Positions 20,235-28,896 of a stretch of DNA of 64,000 bases are shown here, piece by piece. Numbering within the stretch: position 1 is the first letter of the stretch; every line of letters starts with the position of its first letter. The notes under the pieces were generated by a model, which was given only the letters and a program-made list of their open reading frames with translations, had not been told where the DNA came from and made no database searches. The stretch lies in assembly GCA_963664705.1 (NCBI GenBank), contig OY761556.1, forward strand, positions 1,024,001 through 1,088,000. Direction: 5' to 3'. Origin of the DNA: Acidobacteriota bacterium (GTDB lineage Bacteria > Acidobacteriota > UBA6911). The position numbers were made by a program, and so were the translations under genes.

Positions 20235-20420
20235 TATTCCCCCGGCCGGGAGGGGCCTTGCCCGTATCGTTCCGGGCGGGGATATTCCCGGCTCCCCCCG
20301 ACCGCAGCGGGCAAATTGCGGAGGGGCCTTCGGCGTGCCTTGCAAACGTAAAGCGCCGACTGACAGGCAGGAACCTGGACGGCGGGCCACCACTTGGAAA
20401 CAAGCCGGAGCCCGCCGAAA
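20235..20420 (+). ncRNA. Candidate structured RNA or cis element downstream of the portal gene
   Basis: Six consecutive stems with G-U wobbles and a GAAA tetraloop (see findings). No expression evidence. Confidence 0.5.
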
Positions 20421-20425
20421 TGCTT

Positions 20426-20602
20426 TTATGCTCGAACGCTTTGTATCCCCTTATAATCAATTTTCTCTTCTTCTTTGGATTTAGCCAATATTTTCTTCTG
20501 CCGTTCGTAGACGGCGGTTATTTTCTTTGGCCCTGCTTTCTTTCCCAAAATATCAGTTACAGTCATTATCAGCAGCATGTCTTTCTCTGTTAAGCCTGAC
20601 AC
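20426..20602 (-). CDS. 58-aa lysine-rich hypothetical protein, below the ORF-track cutoff
   Basis: GGAGGAG RBS and GTG start. Reads MSGLTEKDMLLIMTVTDILGKKAGPKKITAVYERQKKILAKSKEEEKIDYKGIQSVRA. Confidence 0.55.
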   Translation of the reverse strand: MSGLTEKDMLLIMTVTDILGKKAGPKKITAVYERQKKILAKSKEEEKIDYKGIQSVRA

Positions 20603-20745
20603 GATAGTCTCCTCCAGAGTTGAATTCTAATTTCCTTGATTCGTTAATCAGAAAAGCGTAGAAGAATAGAAACCGCTGAAGCGGGACGCGTACCAGGTGG
20701 TGCTGGCACGGTCCCTGGCCAGCATTTCCTACTTGGAGGAAACAC

Positions 20746-21039
20746 ATGGTTGCGCGAATTCTACCCAAAAGCCTACCTAAATACATTCTGAAAAAAGCGA
20801 ATTCTTTGAACGATGACCGGCTTTCTAAACACGTGGGGAAAGAACCGCACGAGAGACATTTATCGGACGAAGAATTACACGGGATGCTTCAGGATCTTTT
20901 AGATGCTGAGGGCTGGCGTGCATGGAGCGCCGAGTTTAATCTAATCGTCCACCATGATGTATTAGCGAAGGATGTCAAAGAAGCAAAGGATAAGGTGCTG
21001 AAGGTAGTGAAATTCCCGAAACGCAGAAGAAGGAACTGA
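20746..21039 (+). CDS. Hypothetical cargo protein
   Basis: Strong GGAGG RBS, followed by a terminator. Confidence 0.65.
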   Translation: MVARILPKSLPKYILKKANSLNDDRLSKHVGKEPHERHLSDEELHGMLQDLLDAEGWRAWSAEFNLIVHHDVLAKDVKEAKDKVLKVVKFPKRRRRN

Positions 21040-21069
21040 CTGGTATTTGCGTTTTCACCAAAATAAAGG

Positions 21070-21091
21070 GGCTCCTTCGGGAGCCTTTTTT
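21070..21091 (+). terminator. Rho-independent terminator
   Basis: GGCTCC-TTCG-GGAGCC-TTTTTT. Confidence 0.85.
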
Positions 21092-21102
21092 GTTGTGGAA
21101 TT

Positions 21103-21121
21103 GGTTGCGCGGGGGTTGCGG
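21103..21121. repeat. Putative integrase arm-type site, right
   Basis: Identical over 19 bp to 11014-11032. Confidence 0.7.
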
Positions 21122-21204
21122 ATTTGCGTTCAAAATGACCCGATAAAGAGTCATCCTGCAATCGCAAATCCGCTAAACTCAATATTCTCAATACCTGTAG
21201 TCAA

Positions 21205-21249
21205 CTTACACACCGGGGGCCATAGGTTCAAATCCTATACCGCCCACCA
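21205..21249 (+). repeat. attR: displaced 3' half of tRNA-Val
   Basis: 39 of 45 nt identical to 10948-10992, starting in the anticodon loop. Confidence 0.92.
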
Positions 21250-21476
21250 TTGAACCTCAGTAAGTACAATCTTTGGCAGCATTCAGTTCCCCTATTACTT
21301 CCTTCGCAATCCAGTTGGCAATGGTCACGGGCAACTCGCCCTTCAGGGTTACCAGCAAATATCCGGCCCCATCCTGAATTTTGTATTCCATAGCCCGCTC
21401 CGGGTGCCGATGAACGAATAAATTGACTGCCGATACTATTCCGAAAAAACGCTCCGTTGCCACAAAGTTTGAAATG

Positions 21477-21501
21477 AAAAAAAGGGCTCCCGGAGGAGCC
21501 C
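21477..21501 (-). terminator. Rho-independent terminator
   Basis: GGGCTCC/GGAGCCC stem with a T7 tail on the minus strand, downstream of the beta-barrel gene. Confidence 0.8.
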
Positions 21502-21562
21502 CTCGAAATGATGTATGTATTCACCCAGTAATTGGACCATGCCAGCCCATAAATTTAAAAAT

Positions 21563-22654
21563 CTAGAACCTTACTCCCAATTTTAATCCCCATTCCGTGG
21601 TTGTGTTGTGCGGTTCGACGGCCGGCATTCCGATATAAAGAGTGGAGCCATAAAAATAGACGACGTCCATCGCATACATCCGATCGGAATCCTCAACGTT
21701 CCAATATCTGAAATAAGGCTCGGCGGCCAATTCTGTTTTTCCCAATTTGCGGATGAACTTGATCGAACCTCTGGTGCCCCAGCCGTCCTTTTGGTCGAAT
21801 TTGATTGGTGCGGGGCTGCCCACTTCATTGATTTCGCTGTGATTCCATCCGTGCCAGAAAAGGTCGTATTCCCCGGCCAGGCCCAGCTTCCAATTGGCGC
21901 CTGCCTGAATCATGGTTTCCAGCCCGATCGGGCTATACAGGTAATGCTGCTTTCTGTCGTAGTCAATGAACCCTGCACTTGTCCTGACTCCGCTTTCCCC
22001 GTCAAACAGATACCGATGGCCAAAACCGATGAATGGAGTAAACACAGCCTTGCGGGAAGGTGCCGGGATATCGTATCCAACGGAAAACCTGGTTTCGAAA
22101 TTATAATCGCGCAATCCGGAAGAGACTCCGGTGCCATTGGACCAGTAATCGACATCGCCCAGGCTGAATCTGCTTTCCAGCTTGAATGCAAAATGGTTCG
22201 GCCTGAATGTATAATCACCGGACACTCCGTACATGAAACCTTTGTTTCTCATCAACTCCGGTTCATCGTAATAGATATTGGAAATCTCAAAACCGAGGCC
22301 GGCCTGGTGTCGCCTGGCTCTATCCAGGGTACTTTTCGTTTTTCCAGGAGAGTGAAAACCCGGGATCATTGATTCCGAGGCGGCTTCGGCTCCAGACTGC
22401 ATCTCGATGTCTTTGGTTTTTACGTAGGCTACTCGCTTGCCGATCTGCACTTTTGCATATCCGCGTTCCAGCCCGATAATGGTCACGGGCTGACCGCAGT
22501 TCAATTGCTCAACCACATGAGGGCTGCCGGGAGCGGCCCACGCCGGGACATGCCCCGCTGAGCCGGCATTACACCGGATGGTTCCGCTTTCTTCGGAAAA
22601 TGCCGAGAGACTGAGAATCAAACAGAGGAAAAGAGCTGCAAGAGATCGCTGCAT
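21563..22654 (-). CDS. SH3-like domain + outer-membrane beta-barrel protein
   Basis: Signal peptide, SH3b-like segment (VTIIGLERGYAKVQIG), amphipathic strands and C-terminal LGVRF. Confidence 0.7.
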   Translation of the reverse strand: MQRSLAALFLCLILSLSAFSEESGTIRCNAGSAGHVPAWAAPGSPHVVEQLNCGQPVTIIGLERGYAKVQIGKRVAYVKTKDIEMQSGAEAASESMIPGFHSPGKTKSTLDRARRHQAGLGFEISNIYYDEPELMRNKGFMYGVSGDYTFRPNHFAFKLESRFSLGDVDYWSNGTGVSSGLRDYNFETRFSVGYDIPAPSRKAVFTPFIGFGHRYLFDGESGVRTSAGFIDYDRKQHYLYSPIGLETMIQAGANWKLGLAGEYDLFWHGWNHSEINEVGSPAPIKFDQKDGWGTRGSIKFIRKLGKTELAAEPYFRYWNVEDSDRMYAMDVVYFYGSTLYIGMPAVEPHNTTTEWGLKLGVRF

Positions 22655-22921
22655 AAAAACCTCCCGGAAAGAGATGGCAATAAACTCCAATACGGATATC
22701 GATAGAACTATTCAGAGTCCATAATTACAAGAACGTAATTGAGGCCAATTTGCCTAGTCAGGAAAGCAAAATTTATCATTTTTTTTACGGCCCGGTTGAA
22801 GCGCGGCGGGAGCATCGTACGCAAGCGGGAAGAGGGAGCTGGTGTCCTGTCATGGCAACGACGGAAGATCAGTGAATCAACGTTTTTGAGCTGGGAGTCC
22901 AAAACTCCAATCGATCAGGGT

Positions 22922-23317
22922 TTATGGGAGCGAAACAAGCCAGGCTAATGCCTTTTCGAACTCACAAAAGACCTTGAAGGACATGCCGCGGTTGAAGGCC
23001 ACATTTTCCCCGAACTTGCTCCCGTCAAACATATCTTCAGGCAAGACAATCGCCAGGCTCAGGCCTCCAGGCAAGAGTTTGGCGACTGCCAACTGCCTGC
23101 TTTGATCGGCGGCAAAACCGGCATAAAAATACCTGTCCACTGCGGATAGCGTACCTTTGAGCTCGCGTGCATCCAGAAGAATCTTGGGGATTCCGTGTTT
23201 TACCGCGGCATCCACCAAATTCAAAAAATTCTCTTGCGACTCTTCGCGCGAATAGCTTCCAGAGGAAACACCCTGAACAATTTTCGATTCCGGATCTATT
23301 TTGATTTCCATTGCCAT
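22922..23317 (-). CDS. Hypothetical protein (STAS/SEC14-like)
   Basis: KILLDAREL, FGENVAFNRG and VF.EFEKALAWL pattern. Confidence 0.55.
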   Translation of the reverse strand: MAMEIKIDPESKIVQGVSSGSYSREESQENFLNLVDAAVKHGIPKILLDARELKGTLSAVDRYFYAGFAADQSRQLAVAKLLPGGLSLAIVLPEDMFDGSKFGENVAFNRGMSFKVFCEFEKALAWLVSLP

Positions 23318-23480
23318 GGGTCCCGCTCCTGCACAATGGTTTCATGAGATACCGAATAGCAATGCTGATTATTTCGCATCATACAGCGGAATATGGAAAA
23401 TTGCCAACCTTCGCGCAAATTTCCATATTCCCGGCCATGAATGAGCCAAAAACTGCCGCGAATGCCGCAAAGAGCTAAGA

Positions 23481-26400
23481 TTATTTCCGGATTGCACCAA
23501 ACGTTGATTTCACTATTCTCACCGGGCCCAGCAACCCCGACGGCTGCAGTGGAGAATCCGCCTTATAGAACGCCTGGGTTGTATAAGTGTATTTCCTCGC
23601 TGCTTCCGGCTGTGCATCGCCGATCAATCGGTTGACCCAGAGGTTGGTTATCTTTATTTCAAGCATATTTGCGCCGGGCTTGAGGTTGTTTTTTATATCT
23701 ACTCTGAATGGAGGCTTCCAGAGGATTCCCAGGGGCTGATTATTCAACCGCACTTCCGCGATATTTTTTACGCTGCCCAGATCGAGCCACACAGCGGTGG
23801 CATTGGTTCGCCACGCTGCGGGCGCCTGAAAAGGCTTTTGGTAGATAGCCGTTCCTGAAAAATACTTCACGCCCGGGTCGGCGTGCTCTGTCCATGAACA
23901 CAATTCCCCAAGCGTAATTTCTTCCGGTGCTCCGCGGTTTTGCTGAAAATGCACCACCCAGGGGCCTTCCAGCGCTGAAACCATTGTTTCATTGCGGAGG
24001 ATTCCTGAATAGGACCCCGCGGAACTCCACTTTATCCGCACTTTGTCCAAGGGCTTTCGAAATACGACGAACAGGGCGTCATTTGGATCGAGTTGAAGCG
24101 ACACAATGGTCTGTCCGTTCGCTACCTTGAAGGGAGTACTTTCGATTGAATCAATCCGGCCCGTGTCCGGGTGCCAGATTTCCGGCAGCATGCCCGTTAC
24201 GCGAAAGGCCGCATCCACCCTTTCCACGCGGCTGTTGCGGTTGTTTACCCAATAGACGTCGCCCTGCCCCGAAATCCGCCGATGCACATAGAGCAGACGC
24301 GTATCGGCAAAGGGCCGGGTATATTCAAAATCGGGTAGGACTTTCATGCGCGTATGAAGAACTTCCTCGATGGAAATCCCGTTGAACACTTTTCCTTTGC
24401 CATAGGCGTTTTCGTCGGAACCCGAGCCCCAGACTTCATCGGCAATCAGTTTGAATTCAGCCTGGCTATCGCCAAGGCTGGGGCTGTCCATCGGTCTTGC
24501 TCCGATAATCAGAGCGCCGGCCCGCACCATGGCCTGTATCTTTTTCATGACCGGCAGGCTGGAATGCCGGCTTCGCGGATCCATTACCAGAACGCGATAG
24601 GCCATGCCGCTTTTTGTTACAAGTCTGCCTCCGGATACCGATACCTCGTTGATCAGCGCATCTGCATTGATGTAGTCGAAACTATAGCCTGCGGGCAAAT
24701 CGGGCGGCTTTTCGGCAAACTGAGCTGTGATGTTGGAGTCCTCGCCATAGTAATAAAGAATGTCTGCCACGTACCTGCCCTGCTGAAGCATAAAGGAACT
24801 GCGTGCAAGGTATGCAATCCAGGGCTGTGCCTGTTCGGCCCAGGTCTCGTGCCGCGTAAACCACTGGCCATAGGGCCCAAGTCCGAGCCCGGGAATTTTG
24901 TCCGATACCGGCTGATGGACGGATGTATGGATGATGAACCGATTCAGGCCCATCGCCATTTCGATATCGGCGGTTGGCTTCAATGTTTCCGGCGCCCATC
25001 CCCAGGCGCTGCCGCGTGCTGTCATGGATTCGGCTGCAACGATGTTCTGACCATAAATGTGGGCAACCGAGGCCGATTCGCGCACGTCCGCGTTATAGGA
25101 TTTTTGTTCGACCCCTTCGGCTGATCGTGGCGTCCAATACGCGCTCATCGGAATATCCGCATGGCGCTTTACTTCCATGCCGTCCGCGATGAATACGCGG
25201 CCCCCCTCGTGCGATTCGGAGTAACGTCCCATGTCACGCTCACGCAGCGATGCGGTGATCTGATCATAATGATTTTCTGCGATCAGGTCGGATAGTGTTT
25301 TGCGGAAATCCCACAGAAAGCGATCACTTGCCTCGGCGCTTTCAACAATGATTCCCGTGAGCGCGGGCATCCATGGATGCGGATCGTAGCCCCGTCGACG
25401 GATGAACTCACCGATCATATCGTCGGTCCAGTTCTGCGCGCCGGACTCAACGCTGTCGGTGATCATGTACCGCAACCCGCGCTTTCCCATAAGATCGCCA
25501 AGCATGGACTGGTATGGGGCGAGGTAATTATCGATGTAGGATTTGACATAGATGCGGTTGAGTTTATCGACCTCCAGGCCCGTTGCCTCAGGGGATGCCG
25601 GTGAATTATGGGCGCCGGTCAATGAATAGCCCATGCGCAGCACGACCCACTTGCCTGGAGGCGGCGTCCAATTCAGACTTCCGTTGGCTTCCATTCGCGC
25701 CGTCAGATCGATGACATGTGCTTTCGGTACCGCCAGCGTCGGCGCAATGGACGGTGTTGCTTGCGCATACAGATCCGGCACGGCTTCAAAGGCGGCCTTA
25801 TCCTCAAACTGATTTATTCGTGCGCCTGTATGCAGAATCAGTTCCGAAATCAGGTTCTGTTCGGGTACGTCGAATCTGGGCGAAGTATAGCTGAGACGGA
25901 AGTATCTCGCGGTTGCAGGAGGGAAGGCGAGGGTCCGCTGGCCGGCGCCACCTCCCGGCAGCGTGGCAACCGTTCGAAAAGTTCGGCCATCGTCGCCAGC
26001 CTCCAGTTCGCGCTTGAAATCCATTTCGGGCTGAATTTTTTCAAAGAGCCCTGTCGCACGGCCCTTCGATAGAGATAAGGCATGTATGGTCTGAGGCTGT
26101 GCGAATTCGAACTGTATCCACGATTTTTCGCCTGGGGGAGCCGACGGCAATGCCCTTGTCTTTGCCAGGTTCCCATCGGTGAGGAAATCGAGATCGAACT
26201 GGCCGCCGCTGGAGGTCACCTTTGGCTTCAGGTCGCGGATCGGAGTGTCCCCTTCGGGCAGCCTGCAGGCGATCACGGCAGAGTCGGCATAGAACTCGAG
26301 ATTTGCCAGCGGCGTGCTGTCTCCGGAGCGTGGAATATCCTGGAAGGGACCCGTTGTCGATGGCGGCCTGGGCAAAATTCCATTAAATGGTTTTCCCCCG

Positions 26401-26843
26401 GGAATCATGGTTGTGCTCCACACGAGCTTTTTCATCGCCTGTGCGGGCTGAACCCAGGGTCCGCCCGTTTCGCTCCATCCGGGAGATCCGGCAATCGCCA
26501 TTTCCAGGCCCAGTTTATCCGCCATTGTCACGGCATACAAAAAGGCCTCTTTCCACTCGGCAGTCATATAGACAAGGCGTTTTTCGACAATCTGGGGAGT
26601 GGAAAGCGAGGCATCAAAGTTCTGAAAACCCCCGAGTCCAATTCTTTTCATCCACTCCAGGTCCAGTTTGATTCCCTCTTTTGTGATATTGCCGTTCATC
26701 CAGTGCCACCAGACCCGTGGTTTTGCGCTGTCCGGGGGATTCTGAAAACCCTGCTCCAGATCATTGTTGATGTATCTCTGTGCCCCCAATGAGCAGACAG
26801 CGAGAGAAAGCAGAATCATGGCGATCCGGATTGTTCGGTGCAT
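23481..26843 (-). CDS. Glycoside hydrolase family 106 (alpha-L-rhamnosidase-like), secreted
   Basis: PRVWWHWMNGNITKEGIKLDLE, DSVESG, ESASVAHIYG and NLWVNRLIGD motifs. Start approximate. Confidence 0.9.
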   Translation of the reverse strand: MHRTIRIAMILLSLAVCSLGAQRYINNDLEQGFQNPPDSAKPRVWWHWMNGNITKEGIKLDLEWMKRIGLGGFQNFDASLSTPQIVEKRLVYMTAEWKEAFLYAVTMADKLGLEMAIAGSPGWSETGGPWVQPAQAMKKLVWSTTMIPGGKPFNGILPRPPSTTGPFQDIPRSGDSTPLANLEFYADSAVIACRLPEGDTPIRDLKPKVTSSGGQFDLDFLTDGNLAKTRALPSAPPGEKSWIQFEFAQPQTIHALSLSKGRATGLFEKIQPEMDFKRELEAGDDGRTFRTVATLPGGGAGQRTLAFPPATARYFRLSYTSPRFDVPEQNLISELILHTGARINQFEDKAAFEAVPDLYAQATPSIAPTLAVPKAHVIDLTARMEANGSLNWTPPPGKWVVLRMGYSLTGAHNSPASPEATGLEVDKLNRIYVKSYIDNYLAPYQSMLGDLMGKRGLRYMITDSVESGAQNWTDDMIGEFIRRRGYDPHPWMPALTGIIVESAEASDRFLWDFRKTLSDLIAENHYDQITASLRERDMGRYSESHEGGRVFIADGMEVKRHADIPMSAYWTPRSAEGVEQKSYNADVRESASVAHIYGQNIVAAESMTARGSAWGWAPETLKPTADIEMAMGLNRFIIHTSVHQPVSDKIPGLGLGPYGQWFTRHETWAEQAQPWIAYLARSSFMLQQGRYVADILYYYGEDSNITAQFAEKPPDLPAGYSFDYINADALINEVSVSGGRLVTKSGMAYRVLVMDPRSRHSSLPVMKKIQAMVRAGALIIGARPMDSPSLGDSQAEFKLIADEVWGSGSDENAYGKGKVFNGISIEEVLHTRMKVLPDFEYTRPFADTRLLYVHRRISGQGDVYWVNNRNSRVERVDAAFRVTGMLPEIWHPDTGRIDSIESTPFKVANGQTIVSLQLDPNDALFVVFRKPLDKVRIKWSSAGSYSGILRNETMVSALEGPWVVHFQQNRGAPEEITLGELCSWTEHADPGVKYFSGTAIYQKPFQAPAAWRTNATAVWLDLGSVKNIAEVRLNNQPLGILWKPPFRVDIKNNLKPGANMLEIKITNLWVNRLIGDAQPEAARKYTYTTQAFYKADSPLQPSGLLGPVRIVKSTFGAIRK

Positions 26844-26986
26844 AACGCTCCACATGAACCAAGTTCGATAATCTTGCCAAATGCGATGCACTCAATATAA
26901 CCTTACTTTTTTTCTTCATGCAATTTGTGAATCGGGCATGGTTGGCTCCGATTCCAGTTGCACGAGCTAATGAAAACGAAAAAAAC

Positions 26987-28288
26987 ATGAACTACAAAGA
27001 GACTCTGGATTTCCTCGCGCTGCGTGGAAATGAAGTTCAGACCATGCACCTAGGTCTGCATCGCACGATCGCCATGTTGAAGGCCCTGGATAATCCGCAG
27101 GACCGCTATGCCTCGATTCACATTGCGGGCACCAACGGAAAGGGAAGCGTAGCCGCAATGTGCGAATCCATTTTGCGTGAAGCCGGACTGACGACCGGCC
27201 TTTTTACTTCTCCGCACCTGATTCGGGTGGAGGAGCGCATGCGTGTGAATGGCAGCCAGATCTCTCCCGCGGCATTCGCCTCTGTTGCCTCGCGTGTTCG
27301 AGATACGGAAGCGGCATTGCTCAAGAAAAAGACGCTTGATCGTCTGCTGACCACCTTTGAATTTTTAACCTGTTGCACATTTCTGCATTTCGCAGACAGG
27401 AAGGTCGACATTGCCGTAATTGAGGTGGGACTGGGCGGAAAGCTTGATTCCACCAATGTAATCACGCCCGAGGTGAGCGTTATTACCGGGATAGCTCTCG
27501 ATCACCAGTATCTGCTGGGGAATACGCTAGCCGAGATTGCCGGCGAGAAGGCCGGGATTATTAAAAAAGGGGTGCCGGCGGTTTCAGCCTGCTGCGAAGC
27601 GGCTCCAAGGCGCGTGATTCGGAATCGGGCGCGGGAAGTCCATGCTCCTTTGACCGAAACATGCAATGCCTGCACAATTCGCGTTACCGGGCAGACAAAA
27701 GGGCGCTACCGTTTTGATCTCAAAACACCGCTGCGACAGTATCGCAACCTTCGGCTTTCCCTGGCTGGTGAACATCAGATCCGCAATGCCTCCCTTGCAG
27801 TGATCGCCATTGAAGCGTTGGCTGCTTTTCCCATCAGCGCCGGCGAAATCCGCCGGGGAATTTCCCGGACTCAATGGGCCGGGCGTCTTGACGAATATCG
27901 GTCTCGGCGCCGCACGCTCCTGGATGGCGCTCACAATCCGGAAGCAGCCCGGCTGTTGCGGGATTTTCTTGTCCGCAGAAAAGAAAAAGAGATCCACATG
28001 GTTTTCGGTGCGGTGCGAGACAAGGATATTCGCAAGATAGGGGAGGCTCTATTTCCTGTGGCCACCACCATTCATCTGACGCCCCTGGTCAATACACGCA
28101 CGTCTGATCCGGCGGAAGTGGCTGCCATGCACAAGGGCTTTCTTTCGAAAATGAGAGTTCATAAAAACATGAAAGAAGCGCTGAACGCTGCGTGGAAAGA
28201 GTGTTCCCGTTCGGGATTGGTCGTCGTAACGGGGTCTCTTTACCTTATCGGAGAACTGATGCCGCTGGTGAAAAAGACGAGGCCTTGA
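26987..28288 (+). CDS. folC: Folylpolyglutamate synthase/dihydrofolate synthase
   Basis: HIAGTNGKGS, TSPHL, EVGLGGKLDSTN and LDGAHN motifs. Confidence 0.95.
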   Translation: MNYKETLDFLALRGNEVQTMHLGLHRTIAMLKALDNPQDRYASIHIAGTNGKGSVAAMCESILREAGLTTGLFTSPHLIRVEERMRVNGSQISPAAFASVASRVRDTEAALLKKKTLDRLLTTFEFLTCCTFLHFADRKVDIAVIEVGLGGKLDSTNVITPEVSVITGIALDHQYLLGNTLAEIAGEKAGIIKKGVPAVSACCEAAPRRVIRNRAREVHAPLTETCNACTIRVTGQTKGRYRFDLKTPLRQYRNLRLSLAGEHQIRNASLAVIAIEALAAFPISAGEIRRGISRTQWAGRLDEYRSRRRTLLDGAHNPEAARLLRDFLVRRKEKEIHMVFGAVRDKDIRKIGEALFPVATTIHLTPLVNTRTSDPAEVAAMHKGFLSKMRVHKNMKEALNAAWKECSRSGLVVVTGSLYLIGELMPLVKKTRP

Positions 28289-28290
28289 GC

Positions 28291-28353
28291 ACCGGGAGAG
28301 CGCCGCCGTCTCGGCAAGTAATATACGCCCGGCGAGACGCCGGCGGTCCCGGT
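28291..28353. repeat. REP-like GC-rich imperfect palindrome between convergent genes
   Basis: ACCGGGA..CGCCG.CGTCTCG pairs with CGAGACG.CGGCG..TCCCGGT. Confidence 0.55.
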
Positions 28354-28356
28354 GGG

Positions 28357-28869
28357 CTAGGATTCAATCACCAATAGCAAATCGCCTGTATTGACTGTAG
28401 TTCCCGGCTGCACGGCAACTTCCTTTACTATTCCACTTTTGGGTGCCCGAATATCGTTCTGCATTTTCATGGCTTCAAGCACCAGGAGACTCTGATCGTA
28501 TACAACCGCATCTCCATCCTGGACCAGGATGCGGATTACTTTGCCCGGCATGTCCGCACAAATGCGCTGCACTCCGGACTGGCTGTCTTCCCAGTGATCC
28601 CTGGTTCCCTGCCTGCGTGGATCGCTAATCCGGAAGGAGTAGGTGCCTGCCCGGCTGGAGACGTCACACGTTTCAGCCGACAGATTGACGTGCAGATCAT
28701 GGACCGTTCCGTCAAGAATCAGTGAGTAGTGGCCATCCTCCAGCCGCACCCAGTCGCAGAGTATGTCCTTCCCGCCCATGCGTATCTTCTTCCGGCCGTC
28801 GTTTGAAGTAATTTCCACCGCTATTCTGTGCGCGCCTTCGATTATTTCCAGAATCACATTGGACTCCAA
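28357..28869 (-). CDS. Biotin carboxyl carrier protein
   Basis: MPGKV and EAMKM biotinylation motif. Confidence 0.92.
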   Translation of the reverse strand: MESNVILEIIEGAHRIAVEITSNDGRKKIRMGGKDILCDWVRLEDGHYSLILDGTVHDLHVNLSAETCDVSSRAGTYSFRISDPRRQGTRDHWEDSQSGVQRICADMPGKVIRILVQDGDAVVYDQSLLVLEAMKMQNDIRAPKSGIVKEVAVQPGTTVNTGDLLLVIES

Positions 28870-28896
28870 AAGGGATACCGGTGTTTTATGCGTCTG

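Noticed and set aside
20355-20420. Hammerhead ribozyme (CTGA...GAAA)
   Set aside because: The core reads CTGACAG rather than CTGANGA, and the stem arrangement does not match.
19955-20593. Overlapping ORFs across the structured region (20231-20593, 20182-20484, 20103-20393 and others)
   Set aside because: They have no RBS, show Pro/Gly/Arg-rich or Phe-rich composition typical of non-coding or antisense frames, and bear no resemblance to head-tail adaptors.
22700-22920. Riboswitch in the spacer upstream of the beta-barrel gene
   Set aside because: I could not identify a recognisable aptamer consensus or terminator.
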